Positions 35,950-44,926 of a stretch of 64,000 nt of DNA are shown piece after piece (position 1 is the first letter of the stretch; each line of letters starts with the position of its first letter). Position numbers and translations under genes: made by a program. Origin of the DNA: an uncultured Candidatus Bathyarchaeia archaeon (GTDB lineage Archaea > Thermoproteota > Bathyarchaeia > TCS64). The stretch covers positions 1,420-65,419 of the forward strand of contig CAZGZR010000003.1 of assembly GCA_964529745.1 (NCBI GenBank), given 5' to 3'. The notes under the pieces were generated by a model. The model made no database searches, was not told the origin of the DNA, and saw only the letters and a program-made list of their open reading frames with translations.

Positions 35950-36996
35950 GTGGCCTTCTGCTGCAACACGAGGGTCGCGGACGATGAGTTCAACGTCGAG
36001 TTCGAGCCCGAGGAGACCATCGAACACGTCAGGAACGGCATAGAGAGAGCGGGCTGGGAGTACCTGCTCATCGAGGCTGACGAGGACTGCTACGAGAACC
36101 TGAGGCTCGAGAACCCGGACATGGTGTTCAACAGGGCGGAGGGCTTGAGGGGTGAGAGCAGGGAGAGCCACGTCCCGGCGTTCTGCGAGATGCTGGGCAT
36201 CCCATACGTCGGCTCGGGGATAATGGCCAACGCCATCGGCCTCGACAAGCCCACCACCAAGATGATAATAGAGCACCACGGCCTCAAGACGGCTCCGTTC
36301 CAGGTGTTCGACGCCCCCGATGAGCCCATGCGGCGGGGCCTCAGCTATCCCCTGATCCTGAAGCCCAGCCACGAGGGCAGCAGCATAGGTATCAACTGGG
36401 ACAACGTGGTTTACGACGAGGATGCCTTCAGGGAGAAGCTGGGGGAGATGCTCCGGGTCTACAAGCAGCCTATACTCGTGGAGAGGTTCATCGACGGCCG
36501 CGAGTTCAGCGTCGGGCTGGTAGGCAACTATCTCGACGAGGAGGAGCCGACGGTGCTGCCCGTTCTGGAGGTGGACTTCAGCGGCTTCCCGCCTGAGCTT
36601 GGAAGGGTCCTGGGCCAGAAGGCCAAGAGCGTCTTCGACGACAGCAGCAACTACAAGTGCCCAGCCAAGATCGATGGGGCGCTGAGAAGGCGTCTCGAGG
36701 CCCACGCCAAGGCCAGCTATAAGGCGCTGGGCTGCCTCGACTGGGCCCGGCTGGACTACCGGCTGGACGCCGACGGTGAGCTCTATTTCCTGGAGGTGAA
36801 CACGCTGCCTGGCATCGACTACGACGTGGTGAGGGACGAGCTGAGCTTCTACCCCATGATGTGGGTGGCGGCGGGCAAGACCTACGATGACATGGTACGG
36901 GAGGTAATACAGGCCGCCTTACGCAGGTACGGCATCATCGACACCGGCAAAACCGAGCCCCATATCTCCGAGGACAAGCCTAGCTACATCACATAG
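35950..36996 (+). CDS. D-Ala-D-Ala ligase-like ATP-grasp peptide ligase
   Basis: VFNRAEG..GESRE..VPA..EMLGIPY.GS, LDK..TK, PLILKP.HEGSSIGI, VERFIDGREF.V, CPA, ARLDYR, FLEVNTLPG. Start may be CTG 35944. Confidence 0.9.
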   Translation: MAFCCNTRVADDEFNVEFEPEETIEHVRNGIERAGWEYLLIEADEDCYENLRLENPDMVFNRAEGLRGESRESHVPAFCEMLGIPYVGSGIMANAIGLDKPTTKMIIEHHGLKTAPFQVFDAPDEPMRRGLSYPLILKPSHEGSSIGINWDNVVYDEDAFREKLGEMLRVYKQPILVERFIDGREFSVGLVGNYLDEEEPTVLPVLEVDFSGFPPELGRVLGQKAKSVFDDSSNYKCPAKIDGALRRRLEAHAKASYKALGCLDWARLDYRLDADGELYFLEVNTLPGIDYDVVRDELSFYPMMWVAAGKTYDDMVREVIQAALRRYGIIDTGKTEPHISEDKPSYIT

Positions 36997-37049
36997 TGAT
37001 CGCCGTCTCATCGGTAAACCCTATTATCCGCCGGAGCTGAACCGTATCC

Positions 37050-37304
37050 GTGGACGCTTCAACCATCGAAAACAGGCGCAGCATAATGGAGGTTCTCTAC
37101 AGACATAGGGCCTCGGGTGGGGGCCCCGTGAGCCTGGAGGAAATGGGATCGCTGGGCTTCATCGATGCCGGGAGGCTGCGCGAGGACATGGAGTACCTCG
37201 AAGCGTTAGACTACGTGGAGCTCATCGACGGACGCGTCGCCCTCACCGACCTGGGCTTCACGGTGATGGACAACCGTGAGTTCAGCTTCTGCCCACACCT
37301 CTGA
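37050..37304 (+). CDS. Small hypothetical protein, winged-helix-like
   Basis: 84 aa; YLEALDYVEL.DGRVALTDLG resembles a wHTH wing; C-terminal FCPHL. Confidence 0.55.
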   Translation: MDASTIENRRSIMEVLYRHRASGGGPVSLEEMGSLGFIDAGRLREDMEYLEALDYVELIDGRVALTDLGFTVMDNREFSFCPHL

Positions 37305-38166
37305 GGCCAGAGAGCTGCACGATCAAGACTCCCACGAAGACGGCGACCATCCCCAGCAGCTTCACGGCGGTAAGCGTCTCGTCTAGGAAAATCACGGACA
37401 GCACCGCTATCTGTATGAGCATCGTGTTCTGCAGGATCGATATCTCGAAGGCTTCAACCCTCTGAAGCGCGTGGTTCCACAGGAAGAACGCGGCAGCCGT
37501 GTTCACCACCCCGAGCCAGAGCACTATACCCCAGCCGCTGGGGCTCAGCGCGGAGAAGCCCTCGAAGACCCAAGCCGATCCCGCAATGAAGACGGTGCCT
37601 ACGCCCATGGCGAACGCAGACAATCCCAGGGGGCCGATGTCCCCCGGCTTGAAGAAGGCTCGGCTGGCGACCAGGTACGCAGCCCACCCGAGCCCCGAGG
37701 CCAAGGTTAAGGCCAGGCCAGTCAGGCTGTCGGCGGGGACTTCCCCGAAGTATATGTAGGCGCCGGCGATGACGAGAGCGATGCCGGCTACCTGCCGCGA
37801 TGTCGGCGGCGTCCGGAGGAAGACGAGCCCCAGGATGAGGACCATGACCGGGGTGAAGTTGAGGATGAAGGTCACCGTGACCGCGGGGAGGTGGTAAAGC
37901 CCGAGGCACTGCAGCCCCTGCGCGACGGAGTAGCCAGTTACTCCGAGGAACACCAGTTTGAGGGTGGTCCTCCGGTCCAGCGCCCTGTGTTCGCCTCGCA
38001 GCACCGCAATGGGCACTAGGACGAGGGAAGCGACCATGTAGCGGAGGGAGACAAGCAGGAGGGGGCTGATCTCCGTGAGCCCTATCTTGGTGAGTATGTA
38101 GCTGGTGGACCAGAGAAACGTCACGAGGAGCGCCTCTAGGAGCGCTCCGAGCCTTCCCTGAGCCAT
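37282..38166 (-). CDS. DMT/EamA family transporter
   Basis: LWSTSY...KIGL...P.....RY; two EamA repeats, about 10 TMs. Confidence 0.92.
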   Translation of the reverse strand: MAQGRLGALLEALLVTFLWSTSYILTKIGLTEISPLLLVSLRYMVASLVLVPIAVLRGEHRALDRRTTLKLVFLGVTGYSVAQGLQCLGLYHLPAVTVTFILNFTPVMVLILGLVFLRTPPTSRQVAGIALVIAGAYIYFGEVPADSLTGLALTLASGLGWAAYLVASRAFFKPGDIGPLGLSAFAMGVGTVFIAGSAWVFEGFSALSPSGWGIVLWLGVVNTAAAFFLWNHALQRVEAFEISILQNTMLIQIAVLSVIFLDETLTAVKLLGMVAVFVGVLIVQLSGLRGVGRS

Positions 38167-38256
38167 TTGTGTTGCATTGTCTACGCCTCTATTTAAGCGG
38201 CTTCCTGAACCGGCGTCTGCGAAAGTCTATATCGAGCAGTCTCCAATACTCCCTGT

Positions 38257-38715
38257 ATGAACGTCGAAGAGAGAATGAAGGAGCTCGGCATCGAGCTACC
38301 AGAGGCACCGGCGCCCAAGGGCAACTATATAGGAGCCAAGTGGGCGGGCAAAATCGCCTTCAGCTGCGGCCAGGGTCCCTTCACCACCACGAAACGCGGC
38401 ATGGTCGGCAAGGACCTGACCATCGAGGAGGGCTACCAGGGGGCGAGGGAGACCGCGATGAACTGCCTGGCCCAGCTCAAGAAGCAGCTGGGCAGCCTGG
38501 ACAGGATCAAGCAGGTGCTCCAGGTGGTGGGGTTCATCAATAGCGCGGAGGGCTTCATGGATCAGCCCAAGGTGCTCAACGGGTTCACTGATCTCCTCAT
38601 CGAGATATGGGGCGAATACGAGGGCAGGCCCGCGCGTGCGGCGCTGCCGGCTCACCACCCCGGCTGGATATGCGTCGAGGCTTGGATGGTGGTGGAGCTA
38701 CACCCAGAGGATTAG
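38257..38715 (+). CDS. RidA/YjgF-family protein (Rid subfamily)
   Basis: ELGIELP..PAP.GNY, GQGP, G.VG.DL..EEG, F.DQPKV.NG, RPARAA. Confidence 0.9.
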   Translation: MNVEERMKELGIELPEAPAPKGNYIGAKWAGKIAFSCGQGPFTTTKRGMVGKDLTIEEGYQGARETAMNCLAQLKKQLGSLDRIKQVLQVVGFINSAEGFMDQPKVLNGFTDLLIEIWGEYEGRPARAALPAHHPGWICVEAWMVVELHPED

Positions 38716-38769
38716 CCCTTTTTCTTCATCCCTGTTTTATTCTCGTTCTCCCAATTACTCGTGGTTGCT

Positions 38770-39600
38770 ATGGGTAGGCTTGAGGGTAAGGTGGCGGTGA
38801 TCACTGGCGGCGCCTCGGGCATCGGGGAGGCTTCTGTTAGGCTATTCGTCGAGGAGGGTGCCGAGGTCGTGGTCGCGGACGTTCAGGACGAGAGAGGTAG
38901 GAGAATAGCTGAGGAGACGGGCGCGGAGTACGTGCACGCGGACGTGACCCGGGAGGAGGACGTCGAGTCCGCGGTCTCCCACGCAGTAGACGCGTATGGT
39001 CGCCTCGACTGCATGTTCAACAACGCGGGGATCGCGGGGGCGGTAGGCCCCATCGAGTCCGTCACCGTCGAGGCTTTCGACAGGACGGTTGCCGTTATTC
39101 TTAGGGGCGTCTTCCTCGGCGTCAAGCACGCCGCCCCTGTCATGCGAGGCCAGGGAGGCGGCAGCATCATAAACACGGCGAGCGTCGCGGCCATAAGGAC
39201 GGGATACGGGAACCATGTCTACAGCGCCGCCAAGGCAGGGGTGGTGCAGTTCACGAAGTCGGTGGCCATGGAGCTGGGTGAGGACAACGTGAGGGTTAAC
39301 TGCATCCTACCCGGGTTCATACCCACCCCCATGATCGCCATTGCGAGGGGTGTACCCGTAGAGGAGGCCGAGGCCAAGCTCGGCGTCATAACCGAATCGT
39401 TCAGGGAGGCCCAGCCCCTCAGGCGGCCGGGGCGCCCAGACGACGTAGCCAAGGCGGCTCTCTGGCTGGCGAGCGACGACTCCAGCTTCGTCAACGGCCA
39501 CGCCTTGGCTGTTGACGGAGGTGTCTCTTGCGGCAGGATGTGGAGCGACTACCAGGAGGCCATCGAGGGCCTTGAGAGGAGGCTTGACCTCAGGCGCTGA
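38770..39600 (+). CDS. Short-chain dehydrogenase/reductase
   Basis: TGGASGIG, NNAG, YSAAK, VNCI.PG. Confidence 0.95.
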   Translation: MGRLEGKVAVITGGASGIGEASVRLFVEEGAEVVVADVQDERGRRIAEETGAEYVHADVTREEDVESAVSHAVDAYGRLDCMFNNAGIAGAVGPIESVTVEAFDRTVAVILRGVFLGVKHAAPVMRGQGGGSIINTASVAAIRTGYGNHVYSAAKAGVVQFTKSVAMELGEDNVRVNCILPGFIPTPMIAIARGVPVEEAEAKLGVITESFREAQPLRRPGRPDDVAKAALWLASDDSSFVNGHALAVDGGVSCGRMWSDYQEAIEGLERRLDLRR

Positions 39601-39931
39601 TTCTTTTCCGGAGGTCATCCAGCTCGGCCTCAGCGCTCTCGTTGAGCTGGATGAGCCTGCTTTTCCTCCACTGAATGCGGGCTTCCATGAACTTCTCGGG
39701 TTCGGGGGGATCGGGGAAATGAGGCGCCGAAGGGTCATCTATTTCTCTCTGGAAGAGGCTACCGAAATCGGCTGAGTGGCTGCCTGCCTCCACGAGTCTA
39801 TTGATGCGTTCCCTGCACAAGGCGCAACTCTCGACGTGTTCCAGTAGGTTGAGCTCGATGTGGTTCTCAACTATGAACTTTAAGTAGCTTCCTTCGAGGC
39901 GGCGGAGGTTCAGCTGTTCGCAGTCTTCCAT
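39590..39931 (-). CDS. Hypothetical protein with anti-sigma-type (zf-HC2) zinc motif
   Basis: C...EHVESCALC (Cx~27HxxxCxxC); TTAAA TATA-like upstream. Confidence 0.55.
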   Translation of the reverse strand: MEDCEQLNLRRLEGSYLKFIVENHIELNLLEHVESCALCRERINRLVEAGSHSADFGSLFQREIDDPSAPHFPDPPEPEKFMEARIQWRKSRLIQLNESAEAELDDLRKRISA

Positions 39932-39961
39932 GTCTTAGTAACCGGTGCAGCCCCAGTTTAA

Positions 39962-40297
39962 TCATTGGATCGGCTCAAGGTTCTCGGTCGGTATCCAGCC
40001 TTCCCTGTCTCGGTCTCTGCAGAGGGTCCAGTACTTCACCTCGGTGACATACTCGAATACCTCCCCAGGCTCCACGGTGAGCTCCCTGGTGTCGTAGTCA
40101 GTGGTTATGGTGCCTTCCTCGCCGTCGATTCTCAGGTACTCCTCCGGTATCCACGACCTTACGCCCTCGCGGTTCTCGCCCCAGTACCAGCCGGGCATCT
40201 CGGGGTCCTCGCGCCCCACCTTCACCTTCTCGCCTCTCTTGAAGACGACGTTGTAGTCGAAGGACGCGCTGTGGGGCTTCACCACCCTGAGCTTCAT
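39962..40297 (-). CDS. Tandem SH3-like domain protein
   Basis: GWYW......WIPEEYL; DY.TREL.V..GE...YW..C....EGWIP.ENL. Confidence 0.8.
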   Translation of the reverse strand: MKLRVVKPHSASFDYNVVFKRGEKVKVGREDPEMPGWYWGENREGVRSWIPEEYLRIDGEEGTITTDYDTRELTVEPGEVFEYVTEVKYWTLCRDRDREGWIPTENLEPIQ

Positions 40298-40419
40298 GGC
40301 TTCCTCGTCGCCGGTGACTGATTTAAGATGTGTGGGAATGCGGTGCCCATACGCCCAACTGTTCGGGCGTATACAATTAAATTGATGCGATTGCCTCTGG
40401 TAATCCAAGGGTGAGCTGC

Positions 40420-40803
40420 ATGAAGCCTTTGATGAAGATCTTAGTCGCCTACGACGGTTCGGTACACGCCGAAAAAGCCCTCGGTGAGGCCATTGACCTG
40501 GCTCAGAAGTTTAAGGGGTCCATAACGGTCCTCTACGTCGCCTGGGAGAAATCCGACGAAGACAGCCACGTTCTTCTGCTTAACGCTGAGGAGAGACTGA
40601 AGAAGGCCGGGGTAAAACACACGCTCAGGGTCGAGAGGAGCAACTACACGCCCAGGATCATAGTGCGTACGGCCATGGACGAGGCGTTCGACCTGATAAC
40701 CATAGGAAGCAGGGGCATCGGGGGAGGAAAGGGTTGGATACTCGGCTCTGTTTCCAGCAGGGTGATAGAGGAGGCACCCTGCCCCGTCTTAGTGGTCAAG
40801 TAA
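40420..40803 (+). CDS. Universal stress protein
   Basis: KILVAYDGS, DLI.IGSRG, LGSVS.RV...APCPVLVV. Confidence 0.95.
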   Translation: MKPLMKILVAYDGSVHAEKALGEAIDLAQKFKGSITVLYVAWEKSDEDSHVLLLNAEERLKKAGVKHTLRVERSNYTPRIIVRTAMDEAFDLITIGSRGIGGGKGWILGSVSSRVIEEAPCPVLVVK

Positions 40804-40858
40804 CCTGAGCAAGCCTATCTTTTTCATATTCTTATAGATGGTTTACATTGAACCCTGG

Positions 40859-41578
40859 CTATTTAGGTAAATAACTTTGCCACCAGCTTGGGAGATTAAC
40901 CATCCTGACTCCCTCCTTGGTTATCAGGGTTGGAGCTGAGGGTCGCAGCTCTACGACGAAGCCGTCCAGGAAGCTGATCCAGTCGGTGGGGGGCGGTAAC
41001 TCGAACCAGTGGTGCATGAGGGCGGCGACCCACGTGTCGTGACTGACCAGCACGTGGAACGAGCCTTCCTGGAGATCCTCAAGCATTGTCCGCGCCACCA
41101 TCTGGGCGAACTCCAAGGACGGGCGAACCATGGAGGCTGGGTAGAGCCCATCGAGCCAGTGGTTCAGGTAAGTCAAGGCGCTTTCGTCGGTGTCCTCGAC
41201 TTTTTGACGCCTGGACTGCTCATGATAGAAGCCCTCTGGGTCTAGGATGGTGTCCACGGGTATCGTGCCGGCCAGCCTGCACTCGGCCTCAACGCTCTCA
41301 AGCCCCGACTTAACGGCCAGGCACGTCTCCCTCGATCTCTCGATGTAGGTGTGCCAGAGCCGGTACCTCATGCCTGGGGGGAGGCTGGCCCCGAACTCGT
41401 AAGCCGCCCTCAACCCCTGCTCCGTCGAGCGCGGATCTTCCCTCGGCGACGCTCTCGGCCGCTCAGTGTGACGAATGTGCATTATGGCTGGGTGAACCCC
41501 GGACAGCTTCATCGAGTGCTCCAGTATGATCCGGGCTGGTCTGCACCATCTCTGTGTCCGTAAAACGCTCTTCACCAT
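40859..41578 (-). CDS. Histidine phosphatase superfamily protein
   Basis: HIRHTER, T..G...A..FG, ERSRET, VLVSHD; start uncertain. Confidence 0.75.
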   Translation of the reverse strand: MVKSVLRTQRWCRPARIILEHSMKLSGVHPAIMHIRHTERPRASPREDPRSTEQGLRAAYEFGASLPPGMRYRLWHTYIERSRETCLAVKSGLESVEAECRLAGTIPVDTILDPEGFYHEQSRRQKVEDTDESALTYLNHWLDGLYPASMVRPSLEFAQMVARTMLEDLQEGSFHVLVSHDTWVAALMHHWFELPPPTDWISFLDGFVVELRPSAPTLITKEGVRMVNLPSWWQSYLPK

Positions 41579-41642
41579 CAGACCGCCTAGACTAATTATT
41601 GCTTGTACTGCTGAAAAAAATAGGGTTGTAGAAGGATGGGTG

Positions 41643-43085
41643 CTACCAGGCGTCGGTGCGCTCAAGGAACGCCTTGGTGTCGGGGTGTATCTTCTCGTAG
41701 TTCTCCCTGATGTACTCCCTCATCTGGTCCGCGAGGGCCACCGTCTTGTCGTAGCCCTGCTCCTCGATGAAGGCCTCGATCTCCTCCTGGGTCTTCCTCC
41801 GCGGGTTCCAGTCGTCCTCGTTGGCGACCCTGAACAGGAACCTCGTGTAGTTTGCCGCCGCAAGCCGCAGGTAGGTGAGATCCACCTTGTCCAGCGTGTC
41901 GTACCGGGTGTGGCCGTAGCCTCTTCCGGTCCTCGTTCTTCTGGCCTCGGGGTCGCTGCCGCTGCCGCATGGCACCGAGTTGAGGAAGAAGGGCCAGTGG
42001 TCGCTGTAGGGGCTCACCATCTGGTCTGTAGGTATGTATGCCTTCATCTCCTCGGCCCACTTCGACGCGAGGGGCTCCAGCTCGGGGAAGTCGTGGAAGG
42101 TGACGCCTTTCTTGCCCTCTCTGCCGCCAGCGTCAAGGTTAAGCATGAACCTGCACTTATCCAGTTCCGCCTCGTGGTCTCGGGCGTAGGCCCTGCTGCC
42201 GTAGAGCCCTATCTCCTCGGCGCCGAAGCAGATGCAACGGACCCGGCGTTTGAGTTTATCCTTGACCTTGACAAGATTAAGGCCGATCTCCATCACGGTC
42301 ACGGTGCCCGACGCGGGATCTACGGCACCCTGGCTGATGTCGTGGCCGTCGTAGTGGCTGCCGACGACGACATACTCGTCGTCCACGGGCTTCTTGGGCG
42401 CCACATCAGCGATCACGTTGTATGTGACGGTGGGGTGGTTCTTGTCGGTGGTCTTGATCCTGACCACAACCTCCCCCTCCCGCTTCAGGAGGCGGCTGAG
42501 GAAGCTACCGTCCTCGTACGATATGCCCACCGCCGGGATCACGGGGCTGATTCCGCCCGTAGGTGGCCCGTAGGCCGGGTAGTGGTTCATGAATATCCAG
42601 CCCTTGGCGCCAGCCATGACGCTGCGCATGTACTTCTCGCTCCTGTGGAGGAACCTCTTCATGCCCAGGGGGTTGGCGCTGGTGACCATCACCACGCTGC
42701 CCTCTATCTCGTCTTTCCGCTTCTCGTAGTCGTCGATGGCGCCGTCGCCGAGGAAGACAAGCTTGGCCTCGACGGTGTCGCCGATGCTGTGGGGGAGGCT
42801 GATGACGTCGAAGCTCTTCTCTATGGGGCTCACGACCTCCAGCGTCGCGGGGCCGCGGGTCCACCCCGCGATGGTGTACTCCTCATGGTGGACGTTCTCG
42901 CAGCCGTACTCCTTGAACTTCTCCACCATGTAGTCCACGCTGCCCTTGTCGCCCGGGGTGCCAGGGAACCTGCTGCCGTGGACGTCGCACAGGACCTCCA
43001 GGTTATCCATGGGCTCCGAGCTCGTGTAGATCTCGGCCATGACCTTCTTGTCGACATCCAAATATGGGTTAACCAAAACTCTCAC
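41643..43085 (-). CDS. M28 family metallopeptidase with PA domain
   Basis: GSRFPGT, GSHYDGH, GAVD.ASG, GAEEIGL.GS, NLD, SDHWPF, HT..DT.DK. Confidence 0.92.
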   Translation of the reverse strand: MRVLVNPYLDVDKKVMAEIYTSSEPMDNLEVLCDVHGSRFPGTPGDKGSVDYMVEKFKEYGCENVHHEEYTIAGWTRGPATLEVVSPIEKSFDVISLPHSIGDTVEAKLVFLGDGAIDDYEKRKDEIEGSVVMVTSANPLGMKRFLHRSEKYMRSVMAGAKGWIFMNHYPAYGPPTGGISPVIPAVGISYEDGSFLSRLLKREGEVVVRIKTTDKNHPTVTYNVIADVAPKKPVDDEYVVVGSHYDGHDISQGAVDPASGTVTVMEIGLNLVKVKDKLKRRVRCICFGAEEIGLYGSRAYARDHEAELDKCRFMLNLDAGGREGKKGVTFHDFPELEPLASKWAEEMKAYIPTDQMVSPYSDHWPFFLNSVPCGSGSDPEARRTRTGRGYGHTRYDTLDKVDLTYLRLAAANYTRFLFRVANEDDWNPRRKTQEEIEAFIEEQGYDKTVALADQMREYIRENYEKIHPDTKAFLERTDAW

Positions 43086-43138
43086 CGAGGAAAAGACGGC
43101 TGCACGAGATATAAGACTATCAATACTACCTCGGTGGG

Positions 43139-43465
43139 TCAGTCTCCCCGGCTCTTTAACGCACGGGGCTCGAAGAGGAGCACGATCGAAGGCTCCGGGC
43201 TCTCGGGACGGTGCTCAACGCCCTTAGGCACGACGCATAGCTGCCCCTCCCCTAGAACCACGTCAGGCTGAGCCCTCAACCTTATGGTGATACCACCCTT
43301 GGCGACGTAGAACAGCTCGTCCTCCTCCGTGTGCCTATGCCAGTGGTACTCGCCGTGGAACAGCGCCAACCTGATGACTTGGTCGTTGATGTACGCCACG
43401 TTGAGAGGCGACCAGGGCTCGGTTATCTCCGCGGCTTTCTCACCGACGTCGACTACAGTAATCAT
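43139..43465 (-). CDS. Cupin domain protein
   Basis: GEY.WH.H..EDELF.V..G, VVPKGVEHRP. Confidence 0.92.
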   Translation of the reverse strand: MITVVDVGEKAAEITEPWSPLNVAYINDQVIRLALFHGEYHWHRHTEEDELFYVAKGGITIRLRAQPDVVLGEGQLCVVPKGVEHRPESPEPSIVLLFEPRALKSRGD

Positions 43466-43585
43466 GAAGAGAGAATGATCGCACGTCTAAAAAAGGCGAC
43501 GATAAACGCGCCTGCCTTCACATCAACATAGATTTATATTGGCGGTCGGCATTCTACGGGTCCACATGACCAGCGGTGCCGAGAC

Positions 43586-44773
43586 TTGGGTTACATCGAT
43601 AAGCTACGCGACAGCCTATCCCTCCGCGGAAACATCCCGTGGCTAGTCGGGAGTGGGCTCATCGAAGGCACCGTGTGGCAGATGCATGAACTCGTCTGGC
43701 AGCCCTACATAATCAGCCTTGGAGGCAGCATGGCCACCATAGGCGGCATGAGAAGCCTCTGGACCCTCGTCACCAACGGCCTCCAATTCGTCACCGGGGA
43801 ACTATGTGACAGCTGGGGCCGCAAAACTGTCATCACCGGCTACTACCTCGCGAGCATAGCGGGGCTACTCATCACCGTCTACGCCAGGGACTGGAGGTGG
43901 CTCGTACCCGCCATAGTGTTTTACAGCCTGGCGGACAGCCTGGGCGAGCCCAGCTTCTACCCCATATTCGCCGAGTCCGTCGACGCCAACAAGATCGGGT
44001 TATCCATCAGCCTCCTGAGCCTCACATGGTTCCTCCCCGGCCTCTACGGCAAGCTGTTCGCCGGCTACATAGGGGACAACGTGGGGCTGGTCAACGTCCT
44101 CAGAATCGTGCTCGCCGGCGAGGTGGCGGCGACCCTAGTCTTCCTCTTCGGCGTCGAGGAGACCCTGAAGGAGAGGAGGCCCATGGACTGGTCGGCCGTC
44201 AAGAGAAACATCGTCGGTGTCATGAAGCCCAGAGGCGACTTAAGAGACGTCTACCTCCTATCAGTCCTAGACAGGTTCAGCTGGGCCATGAACAGAGGCA
44301 TCCTCGTCGCCATGCTTTACGAGGCCCTCGGCCTCAGCCTGCTCCATATAGGCGTCCTCTTCACAGTCGCCACGGCAACCACCACCCTCGCCCTCATCCC
44401 CATCGGCAACCTAGTAGACCGATACGGGTCCCCCGTCTTCCTGAGGGCGTCCGTGCTCCTATCCATGGCGAGCTTCGCGGGCTACACCCTGTTCAGGTCG
44501 TTCCCCGTGCTCATCGTCCTCCAGGTGTTCAGGGGCTTAGCCATGGGGCTCTGGGACCCCTCATACAACAGCTTCATAGCAAAGGCCGTCCCGGAGGGGG
44601 AGCGGGGAAGCCTCTACGGCAGCATCAACGGCATACGGGGCATCATGGTGTTCCCCGCCCCTCTTATAGGCGCATACCTCTTCGAGATCTTCGGCCTCAA
44701 AGGCACTTTCGCGGCGAGCTTTGTTGTGAGCTTCCTAGCCTTATTAATTGCCTTGAAGCTAGGAAAAAGGTAA
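43586..44773 (+). CDS. MFS transporter
   Basis: GELCDSWGRK and GNLVDRYG motifs; about 12 TMs. Confidence 0.9.
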   Translation: MGYIDKLRDSLSLRGNIPWLVGSGLIEGTVWQMHELVWQPYIISLGGSMATIGGMRSLWTLVTNGLQFVTGELCDSWGRKTVITGYYLASIAGLLITVYARDWRWLVPAIVFYSLADSLGEPSFYPIFAESVDANKIGLSISLLSLTWFLPGLYGKLFAGYIGDNVGLVNVLRIVLAGEVAATLVFLFGVEETLKERRPMDWSAVKRNIVGVMKPRGDLRDVYLLSVLDRFSWAMNRGILVAMLYEALGLSLLHIGVLFTVATATTTLALIPIGNLVDRYGSPVFLRASVLLSMASFAGYTLFRSFPVLIVLQVFRGLAMGLWDPSYNSFIAKAVPEGERGSLYGSINGIRGIMVFPAPLIGAYLFEIFGLKGTFAASFVVSFLALLIALKLGKR

Positions 44774-44926
44774 ACGTAGGAGTCACCATACTGTTACCCA
44801 AACCTCCTTGAAACATACGTCTTAGGCAACTATAGATACAAAAGGAGTCTTCTCATTCTGCCCCTCGGCGCTGTGACCATTTTCCTTGTAGGCCTCTACT
44901 GGTTCTGAGAAGAAATACTTAGAGGC

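Noticed and set aside
41526..43271. 581-aa + strand ORF and many other long antisense or alternate-frame ORFs (e.g. 12367-13416, 26928-27923, 54182-55054)
   Set aside because: They are shadows of real genes on the other strand or frame, expected from high GC3 codon usage; they have no family motifs.
44780..44908. Open stretch encoding a TM-like segment (YRYKRSLLILPLGAVTIFLVGLYWF*)
   Set aside because: No start codon in frame and too short to assign; it may be a gene remnant but that cannot be supported.
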